In this document: piece after piece, positions 25,164 through 38,520 of the stretch
How the letters are laid out: every line of letters starts with the position of its first letter
Position numbering within the stretch: the first letter of the stretch is position 1
DNA from: Octopus bimaculoides
Taxonomy: Eukaryota
Assembly: GCF_001194135.2 (NCBI RefSeq)
Contig: NC_068992.1
Coordinates: 8,684,361-8,748,360, forward strand
DNA: 64,000 bases
Direction of reading: 5' to 3'
Notes under the pieces: model-generated
The model's input: the letters and a program-made list of their open reading frames with translations, nothing else
What the model was told of the DNA's origin: nothing
Databases searched by the model: none
Made by a program: the position numbers and the translations under genes

Positions 25164-26829
25164 ACACATATACATACATAGAAAAGGAAAAGACATCCTT
25201 TGGTTACAAACGTCCATAGGATTGCATCTAGAAAGTTCTACTCTGAGGTACAAATCAAGGTTGTTTGTGGACGACCAGCAGTTGCCCACACATACCAGTC
25301 TCCCCTTTCCACACCACTAATGTTGTCCAAGGAAAGGCAATGGCTGCTACAACTTGGCACCAGTGACATCACAACCAATTTCTGCAGCTGAGTGAACTTG
25401 AGTCACATGAAAGAAAGTGTCTTGCTCAAGAACACAACACAAGGCTCAGTCTGGGTTCATGGTTGAAAGCCCATTGCTCTCATTGCTTGGCTATGTGTCT
25501 TCACATACATATATATATGATGTTACACACACACACACACTTCAAGCTTTATAAATTTAAATGTCTGACTTATAGAGCGTAATATATGAATATTTCATAA
25601 ATATAGATTTATTCAAATGTTAAATGATTAATGAATAAGTCATTTTTTATCTTCCATGCTGTATGAAATCTTTGTTTGATCCAGTCACTGGGCTGCAGCC
25701 ATGCTGGGGCACTGCCTTGAAAATGGCGCAAACACAAAGTCTACATACGTACATACATTATATACATTACATACATACATTACATNNNNNNNNNNTACAT
25801 TACATACATACATTACATATATACATACATACATAGGGTGCAATGTGTAAATTGTTGCCATTTTATACTTTTAATTTCGTATACGCACATTGTTTTTGAT
25901 TTTGTCAATTACACAGTATAGTAGGGTCAGTTGGGCACTGTCTGTGAGAAAAAAAGCACCATGTAAAATTCATATATTCATCTGAAGAAAACAGTTTCTT
26001 TATAATGATACAATGTACTCATTAATCAATTAGAGGAGTCATTAGAAAGCGGCGTAATGAATTGACACCTGTCCTTCAATTGTTATATATATATATAGAT
26101 GTATATGTGTACATATATTAATACATACACATATACGTATGTGTGTAATTTGATATGGCAATGCATGAAATTCTTGGCCCTTGCATTACTCTGTAATTTC
26201 TTCCGATAAAAAATATAAAATATGTATACTCATGCTTTGCCTTATATTTATCCTGTTTGTACTATGAAAGCTATANNNNNNNNNNNNNNNNNNNNNNNNN
26301 NNNNNNNNNNNNNNNNNNNNNNNNNNNNNNNNNNNNNNNNNNNNNNNNNNNNNNNNNNNNNNNNNNNNNNNNNNNNNNNNNNNNNNNNNNNNNNNNNNNN
26401 NNNNNNNNNNNNNNNNNNNNNNNNNNNNNNNNNNNNNNNNNNNNNNNNNNNNNNNNNNNNNNNNNNNNNNNNNNNNNNNNNNNNNNNNNNNNNNNNNNNN
26501 NNNNNNNNNNNNNNNNNNNNNNNNNNNNNNNNNNNNNNNNNNNNNNNNNNNNNNNNNNNNNNNNNNNNNNNNNNNNNNNNNNNNNNNNNNNNNNNNNNNN
26601 NNNNNNNNNNNNNNNNNNNNNNNNNNNNNNNNNNNNNNNNNNNNNNNNNNNNNNNNNNNNNNNNNNNNNNNNNNNNNNNNNNNNNNNNNNNNNNNNNNNN
26701 NNNNNNNNNNNNNNNNNNNNNNNNNNNNNNNNNNNNNNNNNNNNNNNNNNNNNNNNNNNNNNNNNNNNNNNNNNNNNNNNNNNNNNNNNNNNNNNNNNNN
26801 NNNNNNNNNNNNNNNNNNNNNNNNNNTAT

Positions 26830-27113
26830 TCGTTGGAAGCCTAGTACTTATTCTATCAGTCTCTTTTGCCAAACCGCTAAGTTACGAGGACGTAAACACA
26901 CCAGCATCGGTTGTCAAGCAATGTTGGGGGGACAAACACAGACACACAAACACATATATATATATATATACATACATACATATATACGACGGGCTTCTTT
27001 CAGTTTCCGTCTACCAAATCCACTCACAAGGCTATAATAGAAGACACTTGCCCAAGGTGCCACGCAGTGGGACTGAACCCAGAACCATGTGGTTGGTAAG
27101 CAAGCTACTTACC
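26830..27113 (-). mobile_element. SINE family A copy (cut by gap)
   Basis: Homologous head and body; abuts the N gap ending at 26826. Confidence 0.85.
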
Positions 27114-27589
27114 CCCAAGATTGGATTAGGATTAACAAAGGCTGTTGCCAGTTCGTAACAAAATTTTAAAAAGCTCTATATGTTAGGGCAAGTCAGGAAT
27201 ACCATATAAAATCATATGTTTCATAAGATTTCATAATGAAACTTGATATTTTGCTGTTGCTGTTATTATTGTTGTTGTTATTCAACCATGTCTCAGTTAA
27301 TCTTGATTAAGCCGAAACATCATTTAAGGTTTTCCAACCATGAAAATTCTATGAGTTGGTTTTCAGTTGTTACTGTTTTTTCCAGCTGGTCAAACAACCA
27401 CATAGTGGTTGCCTCATTGACTTGCTTTGTTTCGCAGCTTTCGGACATGGTGTATCTAAGGCCACAATATGATAATGATAATGAAATTATTGTGTATAGT
27501 GCTCTGGTGCACTACAACTCATCAAAGGTGCATGTACAGGGCATAGAATCATGTACAAGAGTCAGGAAAGGGAACAGTGTATGGGTCAT

Positions 27590-28140
27590 GATATACATGT
27601 GTACATGCATATGGAGGTGAGGATATCAGGTGTAGTATTGGTGAATTTCAAGAAGCATGGAGGTTTTAAAGGATGCAATGTCTCAGCAACTAACAACTGA
27701 TGCAGGTAGTTTGTTCCATGCTTCAGCAACTCTGTGAAAACATGTTTCTGAATGTCATGGGAACTGTGCCGTTTTCTGACTTTGTAGGTATATGCATGTG
27801 TGTTAGACACATGGAGCTCAAAAAGGTGCTGAAGGTGTTGATACGATGGTTAATAATTTTGTGGGTGTTTACCAAGTCAGTTCCCAGACATCAGAGCTTC
27901 AATGCATGTATGCCCAGGGAAGCAAGGCGTTCAGCGTATGGTAGATGCCTGATGGAGAATATTCCCTTGGATGCACATCTCTGAACAGTTTCCAGGAGGT
28001 TGATTTCCTGAGTAAGATAGGGTTTCCAGACTGGTGATGCAAATTCCAAGTGTGGCTGCACTTAAGCCATATAAAGCCTGAAATAGATAGCTGGAGAGCG
28101 GCTGACAAAGGCCTTGCTGTCCTCCTTTTTCAGGATGAGA
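27590..28140 (-). mobile_element. CR1/L2-type LINE ORF2 3' fragment
   Basis: Minus-strand translation: VQPHLEFASPVWKPYLTQEINLLETVQRCASKGIFSIRHLPYAERLASLGIHALKL*CLGTDLVNTHKII, the typical CR1 post-RT region. Confidence 0.85.
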
Positions 28141-29009
28141 GAGTAAGACACGAGGCATTTTTCACTGCTGTATCTTGTATATTAAGGCACCTCATTGTAT
28201 ACTGTTATTGTTAGTGCCAAGTCAATTCTGATCAAAGAGACCTATGATTAAACGTTTGTCAGTCACAAGCACCTGGTTTTTTTGTTGTTTTTTTCAATGT
28301 AAGACTATGTTATCTGAAATAGTGGTTCTTAGCTGGGCAGTAGTAGCAAGCACTTCTTTGTGCAAGTTGGAAGCTCCTCTCAAGCATAATGTCAAGAAGG
28401 AATTATGGTAGAATGCTGGGCAAAGTTGACCTTGATAGGATTTGAACTCAGAATGTAAAGAGGCAGAAGAAATGCTGCTAAGCATTTTGTCTGATATTCT
28501 CTTTAATGGTTCTGGAAGCTCATCACCTTATTAATGATAATTAACGAACTTATTCTATGCAGTACTTTGGTGAAATTGAGAGATAAATTCCCACATGAGA
28601 AACCATGTGTGATTTGAATGATGCCTTCAAGAAATTCAATGAGTTACATTATCTGGAGTTAGGAATAAATTCAAACTGTAAGGGCTGAATGAGGTTATAA
28701 GAGTTCTAATAATGTACTTATGGGACGGGGATTGGTATATTAAAACTTATATAAACATGCCAAAAAGTGAAAAGGACAAATATGTCACATAAATCATAAC
28801 ACAATAGACCTTATAATTTGTTTTTATTAACAATTTACTAGTGATAGCAAATAAACGTACAAAATATGTTAGAGAATATACATAAAATTATCAATATTAG
28901 CTCCAAATAAATATAGCCTAAAAATACTACACAACTTAGGAGAAATCAAAAAGGTTATTTAGAATAAAATAAGTTTTATACAAGTTTTTATATAAAACTT
29001 TCATAAGGG

Positions 29010-29862
29010 CAGTGATAAGAAGTTTAGTTCTTGACCACATGGTCCTGGGTTCAGTCTCACTGCATGGCATTTTGCCTTCTGCAATAGCCTTGGGCCAACC
29101 AAAGCCTTGTGAGTGGATTTGGTAAATAGAAACTGAAAGAAGCCCATTATAAATATATGTGTCTGTGTGTTTGTGTTTGTTCACCCTGCCACCACCACCA
29201 CCACCACCATTTGACAACTAGTGTTAGTTTGTTTAAATCCCTGTAACTTAGCAGTTCAGCAAAATCAACTGACAGAATAAGTACCAGGCTTAGAAAAAAA
29301 AAATTGGGGTTGATTTGTTCAATTAAACCCTTCAAGGGTTTAATTGAACAAAGTAATAAGAGATAGGAATAAAAGTTTACATATATATATATATATATAT
29401 ATCTTTTATTTTATATCTTATACTTGTTTCAGTCACTGTTTTAGTCATTGGGCTGCTGCTATACTTGGACACCATTTTGAAAGGTTTGGTTGAACAAATG
29501 AATCAATAAGTAACAGACTTATTTTTCAGCCTGTTACTCATTCTATCAGTGTCTTTTACTAAACTGCTTAGTTATGGGGATGTACCCAACTAGCACCAGT
29601 TGTCAAGCAGTGGGAGTGGGGACAATCACAAACACACACACACACTGACAGATAGACAGACAAATAGATAGACAGATAGGTAGGTGAGCAGGTAGGTGTA
29701 CAAAAGTCTTCCACACAGTTTCTGTTTATTTAATCCAATCCACTCACATGGCATTGGTCAGCTCAGTGCTATGATAGGAGACATTTGCCCAAAGTACCAC
29801 ATAGTGGGGATGAACTTGAGACCATGTGGTTTCAAAGCAAGCTTCTTAATCACACAGCCACA
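29010..29862. mobile_element. Two family A SINEs tail-to-tail (+ 29010-29335, - 29420-29862) around an (AT)n tract
   Basis: Both carry the family A head and body in opposite orientations. Confidence 0.75.
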
Positions 29863-30787
29863 TATGAAAGGAAAAAACAACTTGGTTCGCAGCATTGAAT
29901 AAAACTTAATTTTTTCCTTCACTTATTTCCAGACAACACATGTACGCTTATCTATAAAGATTGCTGTTAGCTTTGTAATGTATCCAAATGTTATATAGAA
30001 GCTATTCATAAGAAAATGAATGACATGAGAATTTTATTGTATGTGTGCAAATGTAAAAGAATGAAATAGAAGTAGCTGTTGTAGCTTGAGCAGGATGTAT
30101 TTAATATTCTGTTAATACATAACTATTATATACATTTTCAATAGTGTTATAATATGATATAAAACATATCTATAAGCTTTTTAGTTAGCAGTGTGTTATG
30201 ATGATTGTAAATGATTTATCTGTACAATATATGATGGACAAAGACAAAAGGAAAGGGTGTCTATACATTTCAACTCTCATTGGTATGTTTAAGAGTTGAA
30301 ACTGTTCCCTCTGTTTCTGTTCAAATGTATTGATCAAACAATTCATTTACAATCATCATAACACACTGTTGGCTGAAAAAAAACTCATTGATGTTCTGTA
30401 GTGTATTATTGCAATGATATAAAATATGATTAACACAGCAGTGATTTAATTTTCTATAGCGTTAATAGAGCATGCTAACCTGCCTTGCCTTTAGTAAGGG
30501 TCATTGTATTCTATTCAGTTGGTATGGCTTTACAGTAATTCTGCTGAATACATTTTTCATTTGTTTTTCAATTTCTAAATTATACAAAAATATATCTTAT
30601 AATTTTACTTAAGTGACCAAGCGTATTCTATTCTAAACAATTCTCCACTACACTGACAAACTAATATGGCTATATTTATACTCACACACACACACAATCA
30701 TCATCATCATTTAGTGCCCATTTTCTACACTGGCATGGTTTGGATAGTCTGATGGAATCCAATGAGTCAGAATAATGCATCATGCAC

Positions 30788-31120
30788 GTGAAATTAACGT
30801 GCAAGTGGCTGAGTACTCCACTATCAATTCAGTTTCTGAATAGATGCCACTCCACAGACACATGTACCCTTTCGCAGGGAGATACAGTGTGACAAGGCTG
30901 GCCCTTTGAAATATAGATACAACAGAAACAGGAAGAAAGAGTGAGAAAAAGTTGTGGTGAAAGAGTACAATAGGCTTCGTCCCCTACCCCCACCTGCCGG
31001 AGCCACGTAGAGCTTTAAGTATTTTCATTTGATAAACTCTCAAAACGCCCAGTCTGGCAATCGAAACCGCGATCCTAAGACTGCGAGTCCGCTGTCCTAA
31101 CCACTGGGCCATTGCTCCTC
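30788..31120 (-). mobile_element. SINE family B copy (3'-truncated)
   Basis: Homologous to 24845-25163. Confidence 0.85.
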
Positions 31121-31972
31121 GACATATCTAAGGCACAGTTGTGCAATTCAACAAACGGAAATAAGCTAGCAGTAACTTTTACGTTCATAATATAGTTGCT
31201 CATTTTTTAAGATTTGAAACTCAAGGAAGTTGTGATGTTCCGTTCTTTAAAATCATTAACGATTGTTGGCAAAGTATTAACTTAAGATTTATATCAGAAT
31301 TGTAGACAGGTCTCGGTTGTCCAAATCCCTAATCGCATTTCAATGATGAGACACACACATTAGTCTAGATGAGTCCTGAACAAGCAGCCGTATGAAGTAA
31401 AAACATTCTAATCATACAATCCTTTTTCTATGAGCAGGAAAATCAAGCGCACCTTTATCCAATGTATTCTATTCTATGACAGAGGACTGCTGTTTTCAAC
31501 ATATCGACCGACCTCGTATAGGCTTCTCTCGTTGGGTTGGCTCCGTTAGCCTGCTTTGATATTGATTTCTATTATAAGCATAACGCTGGGATATTTTTAA
31601 ATACAAATATTCGACTATACACGTCCTCCGAATAATGTTTCTTGTGGAGATAGAAGAATGTGTTAATTAATTAAACTGACCTTAGTAATTGACTGATACT
31701 TTATTTTATCGATCCGAAAGAATGAGAGGTGAATTTTACCTCGGCAGAATTTGAAATCAAACACAAACAGCCGGTAGAAATACTAGAATGTTTTTTCGTC
31801 GTTCTAACGATTCTGCCAATTCTTCACCCTTTGAAAGTGATAATGATTTTTCTGATTTAGGCACAAGGCTAACAATTTGAGATGAGGATAATAGTCATTA
31901 CAATAGACTCTAGTACTTTATACTTTATTTTATTGGCGAGTCTATCAAAAACACGTGTTGTAAAGTTTTTAT

Positions 31973-32170
31973 TTATTTACTTTTGACGTGTCGAAGTGGA
32001 AGAGGAGTGTATAAGAAAAATAATAGTTGAACATGTGTATTTATGTATGTACGTGTGTGTGTGCGAGCATGTTCTGTTTTATGTATTTGTATTAACTCAC
32101 ACGCGCACACAAAGACACACGTACATTTCTTAGCTTCCCTCATCCACTTCGACACGTCAAAAGTAAATAA
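31973..32170. mobile_element. Fold-back MITE, ~200 bp
   Basis: Perfect 28-bp inverted arms TTATTTACTTTTGACGTGTCGAAGTGGA (31973-32000 and 32143-32170), with further internal complementarity (ATGTACGTGTGT and ACACACGTACAT). Confidence 0.7.
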
Positions 32171-32541
32171 TTAACTTTTCACGGAAACTAACGAACGAAT
32201 GACAAGTCGATTGACAACTGTTGAGTCCCAAGGCGATTGATTGCCTATTGATACTAGAAAGACGAAAAGCCAAATTGATCTCATCGGGAATTGAACTCAA
32301 CGTAAAGAGCCGGAACAAAATCCGCAAGCATTTTCCAAACACTCTATCTTTCGGAGAGAGTACATCAAAGCTGAAAGAATTTGTTCGGCAATTTCCGTAA
32401 TTTTTTTTATTTCTTTAATATTTTTCATATGAATCAATTATGTTTATGTATTCATTGTGCATGTATACGTGTATGTAAGTATATATTTGTATGTGGACTT
32501 TCAATAGCTATAATACGATACGCTAATAGTACTATACTTGT

Positions 32542-33169
32542 ATGCGGCACGCAAACTTATTTGAGCTTGGTGAGCTAACGAGAGAGGGCTTCTACGCCAG
32601 GCATAGGCTACCTGTTTTGAGAAGTGAGCAGCGTGAGACATGGTTCATCACCAGACAGCTGCACAATTAAAATAAGTGAAGGTAATTTTTCGTTAGACAT
32701 GCAGCACGCAAACTTATTGGAGCTTGGTGAGCTAACGAGAGAGGGTTTCTACGCCAGGCACAGGCTACCTGCTTTGAGAAGCGAGCAACGTGAGACATGG
32801 TTCATCACCAGACAGCTGCACAATTAAAATGAGTGAAGGTAATTTTTCATTAGACATGCGGCACGCAAACTTATTGGAGCTTGGTGAGCTAACGAGAGTG
32901 GGTTTCTACGCCAGGCACAGGCCACCTGTTTTGAGAAGCGAGCCACGTGAGACATGGTTCATCACCAGACAGCTGCACAATTAAAATGAGTGAAGGCAAT
33001 TTTTCATTAGACATGCGGCACGCAAACTTATTGGAGCTTGGTGAGCTAACGAGAGAGGGTTTCTAAGCCAGGCACGGGCTACCTGTTTTGAGAAGCGAGC
33101 AGCGTGAGACATGGTTCATCACCAGACAGCTGCACAATTAAAGTGAGTGAAGGTAATTTTTCGTTAGAG
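32542..33169. repeat. Tandem array of 4 x 157-bp units
   Basis: Units start at 32542, 32699, 32856 and 33013 (ATGCGGCACGCAAACTTATTGGAGCTTGGTGAGC...GAAGGTAATTTTTCRTTAGAC). Scattered substitutions only, constant period. Confidence 0.97.
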
Positions 33170-33279
33170 AGTGCCGTAGGTTGCCCATTACTGTTTTACG
33201 TGGTCACTAGACCTGCTAGATATAACAGCCAATTCACATTGAAATCATACCCGACCACCTTCAAAAATACATACATACA

Positions 33280-34757
33280 TGCGTGGGGGTACCCGAAATA
33301 ATCGGAAACATCCTCTGTCGGACAAACAGGCTGCACTTAGTCATCAGTCTGTCGACTGTCAAATGGTGCATCTTTGTTTTGCAGTGCTTCTCTCCTGTTC
33401 GTCGATTTTTGCGATGGCTGAAACGAAGNNNNNNNNNNNNNNNNNNNNNNNNNNNNNNNNNNNNNNNNNNNNNNNNNNNNNNNNNNNNNNNNNNNNNNNN
33501 NNNNNNNNNNNNNNNNNNNNNNNNNNNNNNNNNNNNNNNNNNNNNNNNNNNNNNNNNNNNNNNNNNNNNNNNNNNNNNNNNNNNNNNNNNNNNNNNNNNN
33601 NNNNNNNNNNNNNNNNNNNNNNNNNNNNNNNNNNNNNNNNNNNNNNNNNNNNNNNNNNNNNNNNNNNNNNNNNNNNNNNNNNNNNNNNNNNNNNNNNNNN
33701 NNNNNNNNNNNNNNNNNNNNNNNNNNNNNNNNNNNNNNNNNNNNNNNNNNNNNNNNNNNNNNNNNNNNNNNNNNNNNNNNNNNNNNNNNNNNNNNNNNNN
33801 NNNNNNNNNNNNNNNNNNNNNNNNNNNNNNNNNNNNNNNNNNNNNNNNNNNNNNNNNNNNNNNNNNNNNNNNNNNNNNNNNNNNNNNNNNNNNNNNNNNN
33901 NNNNNNNNNNNNNNNNNNNNNNNNNNNNNNNNNNNNNNNNNNNNNNNNNNNNNNNNNNNNNNNNNNNNNNNNNNNNNNNNNNNNNNNNNNNNNNNNNNNN
34001 NNNNNNNNNNNNNNNNNNNNNNNNNNNNNNNNNNNNNNNNNNNNNNNNNNNNNNNNNNNNNNNNNNNNNNNNNNNNNNNNNNNNNNNNNNNNNNNNNNNN
34101 NNNNNNNNNNNNNNNNNNNNNNNNNNNNNNNNNNNNNNNNNNNNNNNNNNNNNNNNNNNNNNNNNNNNNNNNNNNNNNNNNNNNNNNNNNNNNNNNNNNN
34201 NNNNNNNNNNNNNNNNNNNNNNNNNNNNNNNNNNNNNNNNNNNNNNNNNNNNNNNNNNNNNNNNNNNNNNNNNNNNNNNNNNNNNNNNNNNNNNNNNNNN
34301 NNNNNNNNNNNNNNNNNNNNNNNNNNNNNNNNNNNNNNNNNNNNNNNNNNNNNTGCCAACGAATTATGGACGAGGAATTGAGAATAAAAGGGGTTGCGGC
34401 AAGATTTGTGCCTCGCTTGCTAACGGAAGATAATAGTCATGACTGAATGCGTGTTGTCGACTGAAAGAACAGCTGGAAGTTGATCCGGACCTATTTTCGA
34501 AGGTCATCACTGGTGAAGAAAGCTGGTGTTACGGAATTTGCAGATGTAGAAGAGAAGAGAAGAAAAAAGGAACGACGGAGGCGCTAAAAGGTATCTTCGG
34601 AAGAGTTCTAGGACTGCTTCGGATAGTGGAAAACGCGCTTGGACTAATGCATTGCTGCAAATGGAGAATACTCTGAAGACGATAAAAGTGCAAAAATGTA
34701 AAATAAATGAATAAAATAATATTGCAAAATTCCGATTTCTTTTGGTACCCCGTCGTA
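33280..34757 (+). mobile_element. Mariner element with both TIRs, internal deletion and an assembly gap
   Basis: 28-bp TIRs match at 21/28 positions (TGCGTGGGGGTACCCGAAATAATCGGAA vs rc TACGACGGGGTACCAAAAGAAATCGGAA). After the gap: VAARFVPRLLT, LKEQLEVDPDLFSKVITGEESWCYG, and a C-terminal WKTRLD*CIAANGEY. Confidence 0.85.
33429..34353. other. Assembly gap (largest of eight N runs)
   Basis: Other gaps: 25786-25795, 26276-26826, 38611-38935, 50304-50313, 54764-54913, 59412-59571, 61366-62262. Confidence 1.
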
Positions 34758-34807
34758 GGTAGGTAGGTAGGTAGATAGAGAGACAGACAGCTAGATACAC
34801 CATCCGT

Positions 34808-34930
34808 CACCATCCCCTGCCGGAGCTTCGTGGAGCTTTAGGTGCTTTCGCTCAATAAACACTCACAACGCCCAGTCTGGGAATCGAAACCGCGAGTTCG
34901 CTGCCCTAACCACTGGGCCATTGCGCCTCC
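34808..34930 (-). mobile_element. SINE family B head fragment
   Basis: tRNA-like head GGAGGCGCAATGGCCCAGTGGTTAGGGCAGCG on the minus strand. Confidence 0.8.
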
Positions 34931-36719
34931 ACTTACATATGCAATAAAGTAATAAAGTTGCTGCCAGTATACATTGAAACTCAGTATTTAACATCGTAAA
35001 ATATAAATATAAATGAAAATGTCGTATTTCATGAAGAACATAATGTCAATCACAAATATATGCATTATTGGCATTATGACCGTCATAGAATTCAACAAAA
35101 TCTCTTTTCTACACGTAAGTTCACTTACAAACCAAACAAAATAAGGAAACATTAAAGAATAAATATAAAAGCAAGGGAGGTAACTCCAATAAAATTGTGA
35201 TAGGAAGAATTGAAGACGGAAATAGTTTTTACTGAAGTAAAAGACAAATAGATTTTATTGAATTAATCGAGGTTTGAATGTTGTTGACCCCTCCCTATCA
35301 ATGTAATCTGACCGATCAATCAGATTTATTAAAAACGTTTCAGCTGTTAACATTACGTCTTCTTTTTTTTTTTTTTAGAGTGTGTATCTTTTAGAGAGTG
35401 TAATTTTTAGATAGTGTACTTTTATATATTTTTATGGCTAAATCACAGAGTGAAAGAGAACATCAAGATATCTTGCTCACCCTTAAATAGGAGACCTAGC
35501 CCCTCTACTTGCATCAAAGTAGACTGTTAAATATATATCTAGGACTTCATTATTGAATTTGCTTTTTCTTGTTGGTACTGCTGTTGTTACTATTAATGAG
35601 GTTTATTATTGCCTCGTCAGTCCCAGTTAGGAAAACTTATGAATAAAAGAATTCCAACTGTAACTATTCCATTCTCTCAGTCTATCTAATCGACCAACCC
35701 ACGCCACCAAAATTTTTAATCTTGTGCTTTTGTAAAAAATCAGAAATCACGACACTGGATCGCAGTAGATTATAAAAATCGAGTGACAGAGTTCAAATCC
35801 AATCAACTTTGCTCCCCATCCTTTCGAGTCTGACAAAAAGTACAAATCAAGTTCCGGGGGTCAATATAATCCAGTATCTCATTCTATAAAATTTTTGACT
35901 TAGCACTTATGTTATAAATAATTATTTCGACATTAAAATGGTAGAATCGTTAGTATTGGACAACATGTATCGCAGAATTCAATTATGTCTATTTTAAGTT
36001 CCCAGTTCAAATCCTGCAGAGGGCTACTTTGCCTTCCTTTTGGGGTTGATAAAATAACTATCAGTTAAGTTCAAAGATCGATTTAGTGGACAAACCCCAC
36101 CCAAATTTTTGTCATAATGCTTATGTTAGAAACGATTATTGTTGCGAACTTTCCCCTAAATTTGTGACGATGGCTATGTTAGAATAGGTTATTGTCATTA
36201 GACACGAGTAAGATAGAACGTGCTGAGCCCTAGGTTACATGTTTATTGTTTAGTGTTCGAATCGCAGCGGAATTCCGTTTATTATTTATCGTTTTGGAAT
36301 CGATAAAATTAGCACGAGTTGTTGTATTACCGTATTGTCATTTAGCATCACGTTACTTGCAATCGAGCATACATCTCATCAAAGGCATTCAACTGTGAAT
36401 GTCCTTACTTTTCTATGTATAATTCGATTTCGGTTCTGATCAAATTCAGCTAGAATGAGATAAGATCAGCTCTAGTGTACATTATCCAATATGACACTTT
36501 TTAAGACGCAGGGGTGTAATTTGAGTAAGTTTTGCGTGTTCTGTTGTAGCAGTTGAGCGAACACGCAAAAGAAAAAAACGCCCGTAAGTTCTCAAATAAA
36601 TATCAGTAACACATTGGTATAAGGACATAATTAAATGCCCAAAAAAGTAATCCATCTAATGTGTTACTAATTCAGCCAATTTACTGCCCTTTTGTTTTGT
36701 TGTAAATAGCAATAACGGC

Positions 36720-37062
36720 TTCAAATTTTGGCACAAGGCCAGCAATTACGGGTGGAGGGGCAAGCTGATTATATCAACCCGAAATTATTTCATCGACCCC
36801 GAAAGGATAAGGTATAAAATTTGAACACAGAACGTAAAGACAGACGAAATGCCGCTAAGCATTTTGCCCGGCGTCCAAACGATTTTGCCAGTGGCAGTGT
36901 GGTAAGAAGCTTGCTTCCCAACTACATCGTTCTAGGTTCAGTCCCGCAGGGTGGCACCTTGGACAAATGTCTTCTACTATAGCCTCGTGCCGACCAAAGA
37001 CTTGTGAATGAATTTGGTAAACAGAAACTGAAAGTAGCTCGTCGTACGTACATACATACATA
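36720..37062. mobile_element. Adjacent or nested SINEs: family A (+, 36893-37062) against the head of family C (-, 36720-36892)
   Basis: The family C head lacks its first bases where the family A copy begins. Confidence 0.65.
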
Positions 37063-38520
37063 AGAACTTCATCAGTGGTTCAATATCTCTCAGATTCCCT
37101 ACTGGTGGCAACTCCTTGAATTCTACCTCCACTCCTGGTGGGTCAACGCTATCTCCACACATCTCTTTCAACTTTCTGTAGTTCTCTTCTTCTTCAATCA
37201 GTGTTGCCTTCATATCCTCTGCGCAGACGTATGAAGGCACTTTCACTCTTACTATTGAATGAAACTTATTTCTCTTTTTTATTTTTCTGTTTCAACATTC
37301 TTTGGGTATGTCACATAATACCACACTCCATCTCCTCCTCGTATCTTCTTTCCTTTATCTTGTACTTTTTGTTCTCTTTTCACTTCCTCTATCCGAAATA
37401 ATCTCTCCAACTCTCCTTCCTGCACTTGTATTTCCGAATCCCTCTCCACTGGAACAACCGGTATCTTTACTTTCCCTTTTTTCTTCCTTCCTACTGACCT
37501 CCTTCACAGTTTCTTTTCTCACCTCTTCTCTCTTCTTTTTCTACTTCTCTGGCGGAGAACTCATTCCTCCGCTTCTCCTTCTTTTCTTTTTAACCATAGT
37601 AAATCCATTCTCTGTTAGTCTTTCTGTTACTCTTTCTGCTACCATGACCTGGTCCACACTCTCCTGTTTCTCCACCTGTTCAGCTTGTTGTTCTCTTTGG
37701 GCACACCACGCCTTCATGTGGCCCCTCTCTCCACATGAGAAACATATCGGCGGCCTTCCCTCTACACTGACTCTCAATCTTACCTCTTCTGGCAACACAA
37801 TCTCATCCACCACACTGTTCAAATCCTTCTTAGTTGCCTGTATTGTCAATTCAATACCATATCCTCAGTAGTTTACCTTCTGGGTCCCGGTAGCCTTCAG
37901 AATCTTCCCATCCTTCATATTATATGTTATTGCTGTCATCAGCCATCCTTCCCTTAATTCGGGTGGCATCCTTTCCACTCGCACTTTGGCCACACGTTTG
38001 CCGCAGTACGAAGGCAGGAGCATCCATTCTTCTGACCTTATCACCTCTGTGGAGTGCTTTATTGCTTCCTTCTCTGTTGTGAAGCGCACCTTCACAGTGG
38101 CGTACCTCCTCCGTCTCGTAATGTATGTTGTAAATCTTTTCAACTCCTCTATAGCTTCCATCGGCGCAATCTCTATTTTTCTTGTGGCTGTCTTCATAGT
38201 TTTAAACGTTACCTTTCTTTTTAATACGTTGGCCGTTAACTCTTCAGGTGGCGTTAGCTTCAGAATATTACTTTCTTTAGTGATTAATTTTTCACTCTCC
38301 TTCATCTTTCTAGGCTCCACCTTTATCTCGCGGACCTCCAACTCTTGCACGTCTACTCCTCTGCTCGTTGCAGCCGCATAACTTGGGTCTCCCTCCTGCA
38401 TCTTCTCCATTTTCCCACAATGGGGGAAAAAAAAAACAACAATTAACAAATTAACAACGGCAACAGTTCTAACAACAATTCAAATCAAATAACAATGGCA
38501 ACAATTCGATAAATATTTCA
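37063..38520 (-). mobile_element. Non-LTR retroelement ORF1 (gag-like, RRM-like plus CCHC knuckle) relic without ORF2
   Basis: ATG at 38410: MEKMQEGDPSYAAATSRG...YATVKVRFTTEKEA...VAKVRVERMPPE. One in-frame TGA at 37865-37867, then the same frame continues ...VSVEGRPPICFSCGERGHMKAWC (C-X2-C-X4-H-X4-C), a Lys/Glu-rich tail, and frameshifts down to ~37063. Confidence 0.75.

Noticed and set aside
26186-27037. Long ORFs over N runs (also 33279-34446, 38529-38990, 54604-55168, 61260-62282)
   Set aside because: Artefacts of translating assembly gaps.
32542-33169. Spliced-leader or snRNA gene array
   Set aside because: AAG|GTAA is present, but there is no proper Sm site (AATTTTTC lacks the closing G) and no recognisable snRNA sequence.
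32624-33301. Repeated short ORFs (RHGSSPDSCTIK...)
   Set aside because: By-product of a 157-bp period that is not a multiple of 3; no homology recognised.
37302-38381. Plus-strand hydrophobic ORFs (189 aa, 131 aa)
   Set aside because: Antisense shadows of the purine-rich ORF1.
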